A DNA stretch of 60,487 nucleotides, the filler included, from Diploschistes diacapsis (Eukaryota), in NCBI GenBank assembly GCA_023645945.1. It is 9 parts of 9 records of this genome, joined end to end, with 100 filler letters (N's around TTAATTAATTAA, not from the genome) between each part and the next. Parts side by side here need not be neighbours in the genome. Positions count along the whole stretch, not along the records: positions 1 to 6,676 come from JALAIB010001362.1; positions 6,777 to 13,439 come from JALAIB010001363.1; 7 more parts are not named here. One strand, 5' to 3'. The position numbers were made by a program, and so were the translations under genes. The notes under the pieces are model-generated. The model was not told the DNA's origin and made no database searches. It saw nothing but the letters and a program-made list of their open reading frames with translations. Numbering within the stretch: position 1 is the first letter of the stretch; every line of letters starts with the position of its first letter. Positions 1-12,899 of the stretch are shown piece after piece.

Positions 1-718
1 AAGAAGGACGACGGAGTCGTGCGGGAGGGGCAGGGAGCTAGGCTAGAGGGAACGGGAGATGGAAGGGAAAACGGGGGATTGGGAGGGGAAGAACAACGTC
101 GCGGTGGTGGTGGTGGTGGTGGAGCTGTCGCCACGCAAACAATACCCAACGGAACAACCCTCGAGGAAGCAGGTCCACGAACCGCCAGCGCCGTCGAACA
201 CATGGCCAGAGGTCACGAGGAAGGCGGGGTGGAGCAGGGGAGGAGGTGCAGGACGAGGACCAGGACGAGGAGGCGGACCACATCCGGCGGGCGAAGGGAG
301 AGTTTCGCGCTCTCGGGACGATGAGGCGAGGGCTGTTCTGGTGCGTCATGGGGTTGAAACGAGGGATATCTGTGAATTGTGTATATTTTGTTGCATTATA
401 GCGACGATGGGGGGGTTTGAGGGTTCCCAGGCTGGAAGAGTTGCAGTTGCAGCGATTGTGCATGGTCTTGCTGTGGCTTGCGTGCACATATGGGAGAAGA
501 GTCGGCGTGGCTGGGATGGAAGGTTGGATGATGTGCATATATACTACTTCGGCCGCAGCAGACGCGTGAACTTAAAACAGCCTTTTCCTTTCCATATTGA
601 TCTCGCTCACTTCGCCGCAAAGTAAATGCTCATTTCGCCATGTAGCTTTCCAGATGATCATCTCTATTGTTTTCCTACCCCAACCCCTTCCCACGTCCCG
701 TCCTAGGCCCTCTGCGCC

Positions 719-3025
719 TCACACCCACAGCCTCCCCATCCCGTCCGCTCCCGCCGACACGCACCACGCCCTCGACCCGCACCACCCCACCTCCAGCACC
801 CCCAACTGGCCCGTAACTCTGTGCCCCTTCAACACCTTCAACGGTACAATACTCGCGTTCTCTAAACTATCCCCTACCACCTTGCCATGAAAGACCTGCA
901 GCGTCCCGTCGTCACTGCCATCCACAAACAAGGGCCTACCTCCCTGATGGAAAGCGACGCTCCTGATCGCCTTGCTGTGGTACCGTAGCGTCTTGTACGG
1001 CCGCGTGTCGAGCTCGAGGTCGTGCCATAGCAGGCGCCGGTCATAGGAGCCCACCAGCACGTTGTCGCCGCCGGGATGGACGGAGATGGAGGAGATCCAC
1101 CTCGCGCCGGGCTGGAGCTGTTTCAGCAGGGTTTGTTGGGTGAGGTCGTAGATGCGCACGGTGCGCTGGGTAGCGATGAAAAGGTGTGGGCGCGTCGGAT
1201 GGAAGGCTGCGGCTTGAGGAAAGGCTTTGAGGCGGCGAAAGGGGAGCTGCGTGAGGTGTTTGGAAAGAGTGTGGATGGCGACGGCGGAGTATTGGGCGGA
1301 GGGCGAGACTGTTGATAGGTAATCGCCGCGGCGGTGCCAGGAAAGGGATTTAATGGTACCGCGGAGGGTCGTACTGGTGAGAACGCAAGAGGACACGAGG
1401 CCGGAGGAGGGGCGAGTCCAGGGGTGATCTGCACGGGCTTTGGAGGTGGTAGAAGAAGTGGCGGCGTAGCCGAAGCCAGCGTTCAGAAGTTCATGACTCT
1501 GGTTTTCAAGCGTAGGAGAACAGAGGGGTGGGACGATGGTGTAGAGGGTTTCGGCGTGGGCAACGGCAAGGATGAAGGCATCAACGCCGGAGCGCCAGCG
1601 CACGACGTTGACGGACTCGGAAGAGCCAAAGGAGACGTGCCACGCTTGGTGACCCGTTAGAAGCTCCCAGATTCGGACGGTGCCGTCATCGCCGCCTGTA
1701 GCGAGCCATTGGCCGCTAGGGTCCACTGAAAGCGTGCGTACGCGACCGGTGTGACCATGGAAGATGCAGGCTGTACGGGTGGGGAAGGGACGAAGTTCCT
1801 CGGGGCTTGGGAGTTTGGGGAGGAGAGATTCGGGGTCAATGTCGAGCTTGCTGCGTCGAACTCGGGGAGCCAGGTAAAGATCCAAGCAACGTTCGAATTT
1901 CTCTTTGATGAAGCGGTCATAGCCAGGAACCTTTCGTAGGGAATCATGATCGGTCGGTAGATACTCTTTTCCTCTATCTTCCTCGTCTGCTTCCTCCCAC
2001 TCTTGCTTCTCTTTCTCATCTGGTAAGTATTCTGGTGGAGGATGATAGCTTTCGTCATAGCCCGGGGGAGGCAACTTTGGTGCAGGAATGTTCATGATGT
2101 GATCTTCTCTTGGTTTCTCGTCTGCCCATAGATCGAACTTTGGGACCTCGAATTCCTCTTCTTTTTGTTCTTCCGGAGGCCTATAAGGCTTTATGCGGCC
2201 CTCCCGTATGGCCTTTACAATTTTCATGACTCTTTTAGCCTCATGCTTCGAGGGCACGAAGCGTCGCTTGGGCTCTGGCGCAGCGCTTAATGGCATCTCT
2301 TCAACCTTGCTTGTGAACCACTCTACGGTCGGAGGATATGGGTCGTAGCCCTCATCTGGTATCTCATTCATCTGTATCCGTTTCAGGAGGTTCAGCTCTT
2401 CCGCAGAAAGCTCGAGTGGCTTCCCGGTCGAAGGATCTGTGAGACCAGTCCATCCTTGCGGTAACTCGATGCTGTCCAGCAGCTGATCGAGAGCCTCGCC
2501 TTTAGCAGGCCGACTGATCTTCTTTCCATCGATGTCATAGCCTATGTGTGGATATTCATCGTAGTACGAAAGGGGGATGTTGCCGATGGTATTTGTGGTG
2601 ACTGGAGCGTCTGAATCGTCCGAGTCGTAGACCGGGTCAATTTCCTTGTAGACAAATCGCAGATTGCCATTCGCATCTTTAGTTACTGTGTAATTTTGTT
2701 CTTCAAAGCCTTCCTCCTCTTCACCCAAACCAGCCGCGTCGCCGCTCTCCTCAATTTCTCGTTGAACGTCCTTTTCCCTCAGGACATCTTCGTCAGAGAA
2801 CCCATCTTCGTCCTGGTCTGTAACCTCGGTTTCATCTTCTAGTCTGTCCTCGTCATCCTCTTCCTCTTCTAAAAGCCAGTCATCCTCAGCCTCTGATTCT
2901 TCACCACTGTCGGCGAAGTCGCCATTGAGCAATCCTGCTCCCAGGTCGCTACCACCATCGCTGAGCGCCACTTGATCTGCTTCTAAGGAATCTCGCGTGA
3001 CAGCCTTGCGCTTTTGCGCCATCAT
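719..3025 (-). CDS. ERB1: Ribosome biogenesis protein Erb1/Bop1 (PeBoW complex), intronless, about 768 aa
   Basis: Acidic N-terminus; BOP1NT motifs ([60 protein letters not shown]); C-terminal WD40 repeats. First ATG at 3025; the ORF-track extension upstream has no ATG. Confidence 0.96.
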   Translation of the reverse strand: MMAQKRKAVTRDSLEADQVALSDGGSDLGAGLLNGDFADSGEESEAEDDWLLEEEEDDEDRLEDETEVTDQDEDGFSDEDVLREKDVQREIEESGDAAGLGEEEEGFEEQNYTVTKDANGNLRFVYKEIDPVYDSDDSDAPVTTNTIGNIPLSYYDEYPHIGYDIDGKKISRPAKGEALDQLLDSIELPQGWTGLTDPSTGKPLELSAEELNLLKRIQMNEIPDEGYDPYPPTVEWFTSKVEEMPLSAAPEPKRRFVPSKHEAKRVMKIVKAIREGRIKPYRPPEEQKEEEFEVPKFDLWADEKPREDHIMNIPAPKLPPPGYDESYHPPPEYLPDEKEKQEWEEADEEDRGKEYLPTDHDSLRKVPGYDRFIKEKFERCLDLYLAPRVRRSKLDIDPESLLPKLPSPEELRPFPTRTACIFHGHTGRVRTLSVDPSGQWLATGGDDGTVRIWELLTGHQAWHVSFGSSESVNVVRWRSGVDAFILAVAHAETLYTIVPPLCSPTLENQSHELLNAGFGYAATSSTTSKARADHPWTRPSSGLVSSCVLTSTTLRGTIKSLSWHRRGDYLSTVSPSAQYSAVAIHTLSKHLTQLPFRRLKAFPQAAAFHPTRPHLFIATQRTVRIYDLTQQTLLKQLQPGARWISSISVHPGGDNVLVGSYDRRLLWHDLELDTRPYKTLRYHSKAIRSVAFHQGGRPLFVDGSDDGTLQVFHGKVVGDSLENASIVPLKVLKGHRVTGQLGVLEVGWCGSRAWCVSAGADGMGRLWV

Positions 3026-3041
3026 AAATTGAATACGAACG

Positions 3042-3053
3042 AAAAATATTTTT
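3042..3053. promoter_or_regulatory. RRPE-like element (AAAAATATTTTT) just upstream of ERB1
   Basis: Palindromic A5-TA-T5 motif 17 nt before the ERB1 ATG; resembles the fungal RRPE consensus AAAAWTTTT. Confidence 0.4.
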
Positions 3054-3472
3054 GGGTTGCAATAATCTTCGGCGGAAAAGGTTTTAACTTTTGCGAGGGC
3101 AATTTTAGCCGAGAAAAGCCGTTGTTTCAACTCGCTTCTCTCCCACAACACTAATCGAGCTGTTTGCACCACAACAGTCTCAATACGTACCGCCGTATAT
3201 CTCCTGAAGATTGCCTTTATACATGTTAAGTCATAGTACGGCTGAACAGTATTTCATATCACTGAGCATGCCCATGTGATTCATGCAAATAGCAACGTAC
3301 CAATCACTAGTGACCAAGGATCTTCTGGTATAAGGTACACACATTACCAGCCAGAATCATATTTGAGCCCTAAATAAATTCCAACATGAAGGTTTATAAA
3401 CCCAAAACTCCAACAATTACGCCTTTCCTTCAGTCTGACCCTCTCCTCTATCCACTCTTGCTCCTTGAAACT

Positions 3473-5598
3473 TCATCCCTTGGGCCCTTCTCCGTTGCCG
3501 TACCGATAATTCGCAGGAACATGCGGCCAAGCATCTATCCCATCAAGCACTTGCACGGCCATACCGCCTACCAGGTGCGTCTGAATGTGACAGTGCAGCA
3601 GCCAGGCCCCTGGATTGGACGCTTGATACCTAAATGCCACCCACGCCGGCTCCATCAGGATCGCGGCCGTCGTAAAGCTGTCCCTGTACGCAGCGGTAGT
3701 AATGTTAAAACTCTGCGGTATCACCTTCTGCGCCTCCGCTACAGATGAGTAGTTGAACAACCCGTTCCCACTGCCGATTAGGTAGCCCTTGTTGCCGTGC
3801 TTGTGGATCGGATGCGGCGGCTGTGCAGGGTTCTGCGGACCAAGATTCGATTGTAGAATGATGTCAACCCAGGTGTTTACCTTCGTGCGAAGGGTTAGGC
3901 TGGTATTGCCAGCTGTGGCGGGGGAGGAAGTGAATAGGACTGGGGACTGGGACTCGAGGGAGAGAGCAAAGGAAGAGAGGTTGTTCATAGTCCACTGCCA
4001 GTTGGCATTGTAGCGGCCCATGTTGAGAATATAGGTGGAAGCGACGGAATTCGACGGCGGAGGAACGTTGTATGGAGTTATAGAGGTGGTGTCAAGGTTA
4101 ATGACGTTAGGCGATGTGGTAACTCCGGCATAGTTGATAGCCGCGGCAGTTGAGTTAATGTTGGAAATTGTTGTCAGGGAGTTGGTGTATGCGAGGGTGG
4201 CATAGCCGGCGATGAGCTGGTCAGGGAGGCTGTTGGCCACGCGGATTGTGTAGGCAGCTGGTTGCTGGTCGAGCTTCACCATGGCCGAGTAGCGCTCGCC
4301 GTTATACATGAGGAATGTATCAACGAGCTTTGGCTGGATGTAGACGCCGTCGACAGCGTATATCCACAGTTTGTGGTTGTCGATCGAGATCTGTGCAGCT
4401 TTGGCACTTGCGGCGCTCACAAAGTTGAGACTTGCCCAGCCATTAGATGGGTTCACTTCAATCACCTCTTCGTATCCAGTGGTGACGGCACATCCCGAAA
4501 ATAAGCCGGCTGGAACAGCTGCGCTGTTGGTGTTGTTGAAATTACCTTCCGAGAGCGCACCTTGGCTCATGGGGGTACATCTACAATTTGTGAGCCATGG
4601 TACATAGTTCTCATCAAATTGCTTACCCCTTGTCTGAAATGCTCTGGTTTGCATGCTGCAGAAGCCGCAAAAGATTCGGATTCGCCAGGCTGTTCAATGT
4701 TGATTGCGGTAGGCAATTGACAGAGCCTTTGCCGTTGACGAGTATGCTGTCAACGCAACTACGCAATGGTCAGCGCGATTAGTATGATACTATGAGGTCA
4801 ACGCACTAGATATCTAGGTTGCTGGACTGCTCCGCTTGCAGGTACTGGCTTGATGTGAACTTTGACCAGTCCGACACCATGATGACGTTGGCATTCTTCT
4901 CAGCGTTCTTCATGGCGTGCTGGTCGCTCGCGTTGCTCGAAATGGAGCTAAACGGGGAAGGCTCCTTACTCGACGGCCTATTGCAATTAGCATGCTGCTA
5001 TACAAAGACAGAATATGTATAGCTTACTGGATAAGGATCGGGCCATAGAGTCCATCCTGAACGAGGCCTGCAACGTGCCCATGGTACCTACCAAGTTAGC
5101 TTAATGAGTAAAGGACCTGGCAATACCAAGTACCAGTATTGTCCATATTGAGTCGCGGTCCATTGGTACAGGAACGATCCACCTGGCTGGATAGGCTTCT
5201 GCGAGAGGCCTGGAACCCCATCCGACCAAGGAGTGCCCTGCTGCCTTCAACACAGTCAGCGCATCATTCGTGCTAAATCGGGGGTAAACACAGAGCTACG
5301 TACTCAATCCCATGAAAGTGCACAGTTGCTTCGACGGGAAGGTTATTTTGGACAAAAACCTAGCAATCCAGTCAGCCTGCGAACCTTGATTCGACTTCAG
5401 GGCACAAACCTCGATGCTATCTCCCTGAGTGAGATTCAACTGTGGCCCAGGAAATTGCCCATTGATGAACACCATCTCCCGCTGGTTGCCATCAGGCGCG
5501 CCTACCCCCCATGTGAGGTTGAGCGAGGCGTGGACATTCCTGCCGCTGGCGACTGCTGCTAGGAAGGCCAACAAGAAGCTGTACAAAAGAGCTGCCAT
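3473..5598 (-). CDS. Secreted multicopper oxidase / laccase (Abr2/yA-like pigment-laccase type), 6 introns
   Basis: Signal peptide [19 protein letters not shown]. After splicing, all four copper motifs are present: [30 protein letters not shown]. Introns are GT-AG with CTRAY-type branch sites (e.g. 5245-5303). Confidence 0.92.
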
Positions 5599-6530
5599 TG
5601 CACAAAACTAAGGGTCTGAAAGCTGGTGATAGGAGAAGTCTCTGGAAGAAAGAAAAAGACAGGCCGCAACAGAGGCTCCAAGGTCGAAGTAGATATGCCA
5701 TTGTTAGAGCTCGTATGTTCGGATGAGCCAAGGGCAAGCCCCATTGCAGGAGGCAAAATCCTCAACAGTCTATGACGAGCAGAAAGCATCGACGTGAAAT
5801 TGGGAAAGCGCCTGCCTTCAATTACCGACGTCAAACTGCGGATACAATGCGAGGTGCCTTTGCAGCATTACCACCACAGCATGAGGGTGTAGTACGATCG
5901 TCCCTCAAAGGTGCAGTTGGTCCTAACGGTACTACATCCGAAGTATGACAAAAGTCCCATAGCTGACTTCCAGATCGGACAGCATGGACCAGATCTGATC
6001 TCGTATAACGAAGCCGACCTGGTTTCTGGAAAGATGGTCCAGTCGAAATTGGGTCAGTGTGACATTGTCGAACCAGAATCTGCACGCTTCGGTGACCCAG
6101 AGCAGAGCTGCAGTGAAAGTGTGAGAATGTGAGAATGTAAAATGTAAAGTGCGCAGATGTTTTCCCATCGGGTCGGCAAGCGAGACGTTCCTGGATCAGC
6201 CACTAAACTAGACTTGGATCCTTCAAATCGGCCCGAGTTTTGGACTTCAACCTGCATCTCGTAAAAGAGAAGGTCTGCAAGATAAGAATCCATGCCGATG
6301 TTATGAACACTCCTCACGCTCATGATTCATCACCTCGTCGGTTATTGCGGCTTCCCAGGCCTGCACAATGCCTCAGGTCGCTCCTGGGAGATGCGTAAAG
6401 GCTTTTCAGACGGACACGTACAAGCCTTGATCGAAGTACCCGCGAATACAGTAGGAAAGTAATAACATATATTTCTTCCACATCCATATCTGCTGTTCCT
6501 CCACCTACTTGCTATTCTTCCTTCATCCGC

Positions 6531-6582
6531 TCCCTTCACCCACTTCCTTTACCCACTTCCTTCACCCACTTCCTTCACCCAA
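6531..6582. repeat. Short pyrimidine-rich tandem repeat (CCTTCACCCACTT-like, about 4 copies)
   Basis: Imperfect 13-nt units visible just upstream of the ATG at 6616. Confidence 0.6.
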
Positions 6583-6615
6583 CCAGACAAATTCGAACCG
6601 TCAAGCAGAGCCATC

Positions 6616-6676
6616 ATGCGCTTCTACACCTCCCTCACAGCCAGCGCCCTCGCTCTCTTCGCCACCTCCATCGCCT
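6616..6676 (+). CDS. N-terminus (signal peptide) of a secreted protein, truncated by the contig end
   Basis: ATG in a good context (ccatcATG) encoding MRFYTSLTASALALFATSIA, a typical fungal signal peptide; the frame runs into the gap. Confidence 0.65.
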
Positions 6677-6776
6677 NNNNNNNNNNNNNNNNNNNNNNNN
6701 NNNNNNNNNNNNNNNNNNNNTTAATTAATTAANNNNNNNNNNNNNNNNNNNNNNNNNNNNNNNNNNNNNNNNNNNN
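6677..6776. other. Artificial contig spacer N44-TTAATTAATTAA-N44 (also 13440-13539, 20200-20299, 26955-27054, 33678-33777, 40386-40485, 47094-47193, 53794-53893)
   Basis: Eight identical 100-nt spacers with a linker that has stop codons in all six frames. Confidence 0.99.
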
Positions 6777-7446
6777 CCATAATACTTATCTTGTAATTTA
6801 TGTATATAGTAGGCAGAATAGCACTTGCCCCATCCTGCAGGGGGGGGGGGAGGAGACGCATTCAAGTTCTTTACAACCATTATTCTCATTTATTCTCCTC
6901 CTTTTTCCTCTTTTGAACCCTCGTATGATCCAAACTTTGCACATCATAGTTGGCTCCAAGCAAGCGACCGTACCAAGTGTCTCCTCCCTGCACAGTCCTG
7001 AACTCCACGAATCCCGGTGGGCTGTTCTCTGTACCTCTGGGCTACGTTGGGGAAACTGCAAACGCGACGACAGGCGGAGCCCGCGCAGAGCAGCTAGCTA
7101 GGATTTGCTTTAGTTCATCTTCTTCACATTCATCTAGAGCCTTTGTCGAGAAATATTGGCGAGCGGCGAGTTATAATTGCGACAGCTTGTTGTGGCATTG
7201 TCGAGTGACGAGAAATTTCTTCATTTCACATTTCGAAAAGGCTGTACGTATCCTGATATGAGGAAGTCGTGTCTCTGGTCTCAAGCAGGGTGTGCCTAGT
7301 GTTGACGAGACCTCACAATCGCTAATGCTTTCGTTCAAATTCTGCAGACCTGTATTTACTCCAGCCTGTCGAGGAAGATCCTGTTTATAACATCAATTCA
7401 AGCTTCGGCGCTCTGAACACTTTGTTCCCACAACTCTTGAAGCATC

Positions 7447-8723
7447 ATGGCTGCTGAGGAAGACAACTTTGACATTGACATTTACGGTGACGGCGGCGAA
7501 GATTATCAAGACGACGGACAAGGTCAGAACGGAGAACAGCATGATTTGGGTCAAGATGTGACTGGAGCATCAGAGCTTGACTCTGCTCTTCGGGAGTCTG
7601 GTCGCAGTGCAGACCACGGTCGGAACAATACCAGTGACGCGAACAGAGAAGCGCATCCTGCCAGTCAGATCCAACAGATGAATTCTGGAGCCTTTCAAGC
7701 AAACAAAGCGCAACCCATGCAAAGTTTGAAGCGTAAGGAAGGCGGCGACGAACGACAGCTTGATCACGGTGCAACCACAGCTCTCTTCATATCAGACCTT
7801 CACTGGTGGATCACTGACGATGATGTTCGAGGTTGGGTAAACCAGAGCAGCTGCGAGGATGAGCTGCGGGATATAACGTTCCACGAGCACAAGGTGAATG
7901 GCAAGAGCAAGGGGTTCGCAAATTTCCACCATGGACGTGGCCGTGCTCTTGGCTAACCAACTTCTGTAGGCAGGCGTATGTCTCGCTGGTTTCGCCGCAA
8001 GCTGCAACTGCAGTGAAGCATAAAATCGATTCTCTTGCAGAGGCTCAAGTATATAAGCAGAAGTTTGCCGTCAGCTTTGCGAACCCCTCCACGAACCCAT
8101 TCAAAACACTGCCGAAAGATGGGAACGCTCGGAACAACAACAACAGCAACAACACGCAAAGCAACCGCTCAAGCTCTGGCAATTTCAGTTCGGGAAGCCT
8201 GGGAGGCCAGCCCCAGGGTAACTACAATTCCGGCGGCTATAGGGGAAGGGGTGGCTATAACAATAGAGGGGGCTTCAACCGGGGTGGGTTCTCACAACCG
8301 GTTCCCGGTAGCTACCAAGGTGGAGGAATGGGCGGCTTCCAGGCGCCGGCAATGGGAGGTATGCAATCATACAATAACTTCGGCAACCGCGGGGCCATGA
8401 TGGGAGGCGCAATGCGGGGGGGGCCAATGAACATGCGAGGTGGACGGGGCGGCATGAACCAGGGCAACATGATGGGTGGTTACATGGGCGGAATGGCCAT
8501 GGGAGGTATGCCCGCCATGGGAATGGCAATGCCTCAGATGAACGGCGCCATGGGAATGCAAGGTACGATATATCAAGGCACAGTTGGTCCGCACATCTCG
8601 AGCACCGATGCTGATCTATTCCTTCCCTGTATAGGCTTTCCTAATCCCGGTTTTTTCCCTCAACAAGGCGCAGTTGACTCGAATTGGAATCCTCATGGTG
8701 CAAAACGGACCAGACAAGAGTAG
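7447..8723 (+). CDS. RRM protein with Gly/Met/RGG-rich tail, CPSF6/CFIm68-like; 2 coding introns (about 7914-7969, 8563-8634) and a probable 5'UTR intron at 7244-7347
   Basis: N-terminal DIDIYGD; RRM ALFISDLHWWITDDD...FHEHKVNGKSKG|QAYV; RGG repeats; C-terminal WNPHGAKRTRQE. The CPSF6-like assignment is inferred from the LxWW-TD and NGxSKG RRM signature. Confidence 0.82.
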
Positions 8724-9371
8724 GGGGCATCCACGTTGGGAGCAACCCTTGTGGCGTTTTGGTTGGCATGCTCTGGCACGGTATTGAGAAACTGCAGTAA
8801 CACCAATCGCAAAGCTTTAAAGAAGCAGCTAGCTATGATATATTGCATGTACCTGTAGGATCTAAGTGGCATTGCTGCAGCATCTGCTAGTATCGTCAAT
8901 TCCGGTAGAGATCATTTGTACATTTTTATAACAATTATGCCTAGTCCATCGGAGAGCATCATATCAACCGAGAGTACCATCATATTCCATTCTCTTCGGG
9001 CTTCATCCTTTGCACTAGGTATCATTTTACTTGACTTGGGCGCGGAACCGAAATTTGTGTAGATACCTTCGGGCGACATCAAAAGTATAAAGCAATTCTA
9101 AAAGCTCTGGGACGGGCTTCCAAGTAGCTTGCGCCTACTGTGTGCTTGATCTGAAATGTCTCTGAAGCTCTTGTGAGGGCATAAAGGGGGAGGGGTAGAC
9201 CCCACGCCCGTCGTGCCAGCTAGTTCCTGTAGAGCACATAGCAGAAGCACATCTCAAATTCTTCCAGTATCAGCCATTGCCAGACCACAATTTCTGCACA
9301 TTGAGCCTCCAGATTTAAGCATCCTTAATATTATCAATCAGCCTTGAAAACTTTCACAAGGAGCCGCCACA

Positions 9372-10117
9372 ATGCAGGCCATGCCTGATGCCCGCCAGCA
9401 GAGCTTCGAGGAAATATACGGCCCGCCAGAGAACTTTCTCGAGATAGAGGTACGCATGCTAGATACAATAAGAGCCCTCCTTGTATTTGACAGCTTTACT
9501 GGGCCCTCTCCCTATCTTCGCTTTCCCCATTCTCAATCGACGCGCTCTCGGCCCCCGTCTCTTCTCTCTCTCCTCAAGCCCCCCCCCCCAACATATTTCT
9601 CGTGCTCCGAACTGACAACTAATCCCACCGCCCCCTTGCTCCACCGCACAGGTCCGCAACCCGCAGACGCACGGCACCTCGCGCAACATGTACACGGACT
9701 ACGAGATCGTGTGCCGCACCAACATCCCGGCCTTCAAGCTCAAGCACAGCAGCGTGCGCCGCCGCTACTCGGACTTCGAGTACTTCCGCGACACGCTCGA
9801 GCGCGAGAGCTCGCGCGTCAACATCCCCCCGCTGCCGGGCAAGGTCTTCACCAACCGCTTCAGCGACGACGTCATCGAGCACCGCCGCGACGGCCTGCAG
9901 CGCTTCCTGCAGATCGTCGTCGGCCACCCGCTGCTGCAGACGGGGAGCAAGGTGCTGGCTAGTTTCGTGCAGGGTGCGTCCAGGAGCCCTTGTTTTTTTT
10001 TTTTTTTTCTTTCTTTCGCGCTTTGGCTTCGGCTTCCGGCAGCGAAGCTGCTGGGGCTTCCCGTGTTGCCTGACTGATGTGTTGGCAGATCCGAGCTGGG
10101 ACCGCAATTCGTGGTGA
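9372..10117 (+). CDS. SNX3: Sorting nexin-3 (PX domain); exons 9372-9449, 9652-9973, 10089-10117
   Basis: [25 protein letters not shown]...[11 protein letters not shown]...PPLPGKVF...GHPLLQ...DPSWDRNSW; canonical introns. Confidence 0.95.
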
Positions 10118-10605
10118 TGGCGAGGAAGGAAAAGGGGGAGGGGGTTTATGCTGGCCGGCACGGGGTCGTCCCCGGTGGACGTTCGTGCTTGCGATGGGGG
10201 CTCTTACCTTGATGATTTTGCGTCTTCAGCGATTTCAGCGGTGAAAATGCTTGTCTGCAGGAGTTGGGTGTTTAATCCTGGGTTTCTCGGGGTTTTCCGG
10301 GCTTGTGGCTCTGCAAGGACCAGGGTTTAGTAGCATGGCTGGCTATGTCGAGGACGGTTGTCGTTTTGACTAAAATATCAATGATTTGGAACTTGTCATC
10401 ACGGTAGAGTATGGAACATGGCATTCTGATTGCATATACTTTGCTCCGATATTACGGTTTATTGTTATTGCCGTGATTATCTCTTCTAACATCGTGACGG
10501 TCATTATTTCATTAGATATCTACAATCCGTCTTCGACCTTGCCGTGACCCACCAGACGATCGCGAAATCCCCGCTCGACGCCCGCGGCCCAGATAAACCT
10601 CCTTC

Positions 10606-12485
10606 TCACTCGAGTTCAAACAATGGCCGCGAAGCCATGTCTTCCCATAGCAATGGAGGAAGCGTAACCGAGTCATTGACCGCTTCATTGCTCCAAATGT
10701 TGTCGAAAGGAAATTTGAACGGCGGCAGCCTGCTGTGTGGCTCACTATCGTCGTTCAGCAGATCATCGATGTTCATGTTGCGCGTTTCATCTGCTTCAAC
10801 CGAAGATTGCCGGCTTTGGTCACAGGTCATCATTGAAGTGGGTGGTGTCGATTGAGACACCACGGCGCAGTCCGATTCAGAGTATTTCTTCGTGTGGACT
10901 GGTAATCGCACACCACGCTTGTCTTGCAGATATCTGGAAGGGAAGGATGTGCGCCCCGCCGATACCTCAACCATTTGTACTTTCTCTGCGGATCCGGAGT
11001 GCGATAATCTGGGCTCACTCCGTTGAGGCGGCTCGCTTGCATCGCGAAGTATCCATGTAAGCTCTTGTCGGCCGCTTCCTTGAGTCTCGGGCTTCAGCTT
11101 ACTTGGCTTGGGATCCTGGTCTGACCGCCTTCGCCTTATCCGCTTCGGTGCATCTGGCAGCGGGAGCGGAATAGAAGCCTGATAGTGGAGAGGGTACTTT
11201 AAGCGAAAGCGATCTCGAACCTGCGGCCCGGTCCGGTGGGCCAAGTGCATCTCAGGGTCCTTCGTAATTGCAGTCCACTGGAATCCATATTTTTGATAGC
11301 CTTTGGATAGATTTGTATCTTCTTCCTGTGTCCAGCGAGGCAACTGCTGCTTTTTGTCGGGAGAGGCGTTTGCACCGTTCTTGCGATGGGCGGAACCAGA
11401 CTGCTGCTCGAGAAAATCCTCCGGAGTAGATATGTTGAAGGCTTGAGGTCGTGCTGTCTTGATATTGGCTGCTGGACTTCCGGACTCTGGGGAGTACATC
11501 CTCGCTTCTTGGAGCGTTTTCAATGGTTCCTTTGACGGTACTTCACTTGGCGGCCTTGGTGGAGGCAGAGTAGTGGAAGACACTTTGCCGTTGGCAGCGC
11601 ATTGTAGCTCGTCGGCCTTTTGTGAAGCATGACGATCTATAGCTCTCTCTTCATTCAATCGGCAGGTGCGATAGCTGTTGAAGACGTCACAGGCAGTCCA
11701 ATGCAGCATTGACCTGATGCCACTTACCGATCCTTCAAGTCGACAGTGGTCCGATCTGGATGGAAAGAAAGTCCCTTGTGATGAAGAATGCTTTTCCATT
11801 TGCCAACGCCATATATCCCAACTCCTTTGAGCAGATCCTCTGTTTCTTCAGTGGTCCACGGTCGCCTCCCTCTTAAATATACTCGCTTCTGTTTCCCATC
11901 CCTCTCTCTTTTCGGTACCTCCCCGCTTGGCTCGTCCGATGATTGCTCACGGTTGAGACGCTCAATTGATGGAAGAATTGGAGCAGATTTTCGTCGATAG
12001 GATGCTGCATCGTCTGGCATACCAGCCGTGATCGGCGGAAACAGAGCAGCGCTCGGAGGAGGTTCGTGAAGCCCATTGAGAAGTACAGGCAGCGAATCAA
12101 AAGAGGGAGGTTTGTTGTTGGCAGACCTGGTGCTAGGTTTTGGTAGCTGGAAAAAGTCTAACTTCTGTCGCTTTCGGCCTCCGTTGACGAAGGCCTGAGG
12201 CTCGTTCATTCGATCCGCCATAGACGGAACAGGACCGTCAGAGCACCTTGAGGATTCGCCATCTATAATCGGCTTCGCGTCGGCAAGCGCTTTGGCGCGG
12301 GTGCTAAGCTTGGCTGCAGAATGATGGGTCCGATCGTCCATGCGAGCATTTGGTTCGAGTGGGGACGGTCTGCGAGAAGTAAAAAGGAGAATCGGATGCT
12401 GTAGAGGTGGTATCTTAAGGACAGGATCAAACATGCGCTCTCCTGGTTCTTCTAGCCCCAGAAGAGGGCGCGTTTCTGATGGCAT
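10606..12485 (-). CDS. Protein with two telobox-type Myb/SANT domains (Tay1/Teb1-like); intron 11675-11727
   Basis: Myb1: RRPWTTEETEDLLKGVGIYGVGKWKSIL...RTTVDLKDR|YR. Myb2: RWTQEEDTNLSKGYQKYGFQWTAI...RTGPQVRDRFR. A GTAAGT...CAG intron joins the two ORFs in frame. Confidence 0.85.
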
Positions 12486-12899
12486 GCCGTTTCGTGGTCA
12501 TGCATCCCACCGAAGCACAGCGGCAATGGCTTGAAGTATGTTTCGATGGGTCTGCCAGCAACTCCAAAAACCTACCGGCACTATGTAGCCAATACGCCTG
12601 AGCAGCTTTAAAGCTTCTTATGACTTCTTGACACGAACGGCTTCGAGTAGGAATGATCCGTCACTCAACAGACGGCACGTGATCGGGCTTCAGCGAGGTT
12701 AAGAGTGATATAGCGATTTGCTTCAAGATCCACTCCCAAAGGTTAGCATCGAAGCTAAAAGGACTCAGATACACCGTCTTCTTGATATATTGGAAAGCAT
12801 GTACAAAGGGGTACATAAGAGTCGGGGTATTCCAAGAACTTCCTTTCTAGGGAAAAGAGCGCGGTGGTCAGCTCCCTGCTAGCGCGACGGGTGCCTTAT

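Noticed and set aside
1..625. Overlapping ORFs at the window start
   Set aside because: Low-complexity, purine-skewed sequence; no recognisable domain in any frame.
6721..6732. Regularly spaced TTAATTAATTAA repeat (about every 6.7 kb)
   Set aside because: Artificial all-frame stop linker inside the N spacers; not biological and not CRISPR-like.
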